From assembly GCF_009914755.1 (NCBI RefSeq), contig NC_060934.1: a stretch of DNA of 64,000 bases; one strand, 5' to 3'. The translations under genes and the position numbers were made by a program. This document shows positions 62,540-64,000 of the stretch, piece after piece. The DNA is from the human T2T-CHM13v2.0 reference genome, Homo sapiens. The notes under the pieces are model-generated. The model searched no databases and had not been told where the DNA came from. It saw only the letters and a list, made by a program, of their open reading frames with translations. Each line of letters starts with the position of its first letter. Position 1 is the first letter of the stretch.

Positions 62540-63700
62540 AGTGAAATGTGTAGGACTCCAACAAGGCACAATGACCTAGATCCTGAGTATGATTCCATCG
62601 GAAGAAGCAAATACTGAGTTGAACAAGCTCACTCATGTCTGCTTACACCAGTCACTTTTGAATGCTCAATGGCAGGCAGGGGGAATGACCTGTGTTTGGC
62701 AGATGTCCACTCAGTATGACCCTGGATTGGACATATAGTTACCTTGGGTCAGGCCAGCCATGTGTTGTTGGACTATTCCTTGGAGATACACTCTTAGTGA
62801 CTGTCAAAGTTCCTGAGTCATTAGGTGCCTGCAGACTATGCCCACTGATATTTGCATTAGGTGCAGGCTGCCTAGCTGTGCTGACACTGAGTGAAGCTGT
62901 GAGGTTTCACAATGACATGGCAGCCAATTACATATGCTCAGATGTACCATGTATCAAGAGTTATTCACATAATCAATTAGGCAATATCATTCTACACACA
63001 GGCAGTAATAAAGGGAGTAAAAAACCACAACAATGACTCGGGAGACCAATGTGCCTCCAGAAGAGTCCAGTGGGTCCAGAAGCCCTTTAGATACTGGTCA
63101 GAGGTTCCTTTTGGGCAGAGATCACAGCAGCAGCCACCAGGTATGGAGAAGTCCTTAGAGTTCTCATGGACAAAGCTTCTGAAGGCATCTTGGACAAGAC
63201 CTTATCTTTGCTGGCTTCATGATCCTATGCAGATGGGTCCATTCTCATTTTCTCAGCCACCTTTCACTTCCTATCAGTTCGTTTCAGGTCTCTCATGATC
63301 CCAGGCAGCAGTAGTTGTTATCGTCTCAGTCCAATCATATATGTTTATCTCTTTGGGGATGAGGGGACAACTTCATTGTGGACTTAATTCTACTGGAGAT
63401 GAGTGACCCCATTTTAAGACATCAGGATCACAAATTATTATCGCATGTCATCAGGGCAGACAATAGCTACAACCTGGAGCTGAAAGCAGATAACTCCATT
63501 TATTCTAGAAACATTCTGTCTTGATTATGGTGCCAGTTACTGTGAGGGACTTCCTTTTCTCCACCTATTTTTTACAAGGTTTGAGTCTGAACTGCTAATA
63601 TTCTACTGATTTATGGATGAAGGGACTGACTGCACCATTCCAGCCTGTCACAGCACTTGCACCAATACTTCCACTTTAAGAGTTTTCCACCTTGTCCAGA
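62540..63700. mobile_element. Possible ancient ERVL/MaLR internal remnant
   Basis: Composition and phrasing resemble decayed ERVL-class internal sequence; no recognisable intact peptide. Confidence 0.3.
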
Positions 63701-64000
63701 ACTACAGTCCATTAATCCCCTCATTTTCTCTCTTAAGAGAATAAACAACACATCTCATGTACATACCCACACCCCTCTTCTCCCAAATACCAAATACACA
63801 AAAATCCAATCTCTCTCCTACCTAAGCAATTTTAGATAGTCACTTTCTCTTAATTACTTTAAGCTCCCTGACTCAATGCTTGTCTTTTCTCTGGCAAAAT
63901 CTCATCCCTGGATGAGCACCACTTTGTGTTGGCTCAATGACACCACTCAGCTGAACCAGAAAAATATCAAAAAGTGGTCAGAGGTGTCATCATAAATTCA

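Overview
Primate (human-like) repeat-rich genomic DNA. The main feature is a 10-exon, minus-strand cyclin-Y-like locus, most likely CCNYL2, which I rebuilt by hand from the ATG at 55964 to the TGA at 11670; the ORF track shows only parts of it. Nine exons are open in the cyclin-Y frame with GT-AG boundaries. Exon 3 is 36 nt where 35 nt is needed (an extra A in an A7 run), so the spliced frame stops after about 114 codons instead of 360. An Alu inserted at the exon-6 donor and duplicated it: the exon-proximal copy has lost 4 bp, while the consensus GTAAGT copy now sits beyond the Alu. The introns hold a full-length, inactivated L1PA2/3 nested in a 5'-inverted older L1, and a second L1PA inside an MST LTR. 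These two young L1s share a nonsense change and several other unusual variants, which suggests gene conversion. Also present are an internally deleted old L1, a decayed zinc-finger insert next to a branch point, about 25 Alu-family pieces, MaLR/ERV1 LTRs and DNA-transposon fragments. I found no evidence of a wholly new system. Family and subfamily assignments come from recall, not from database searches.
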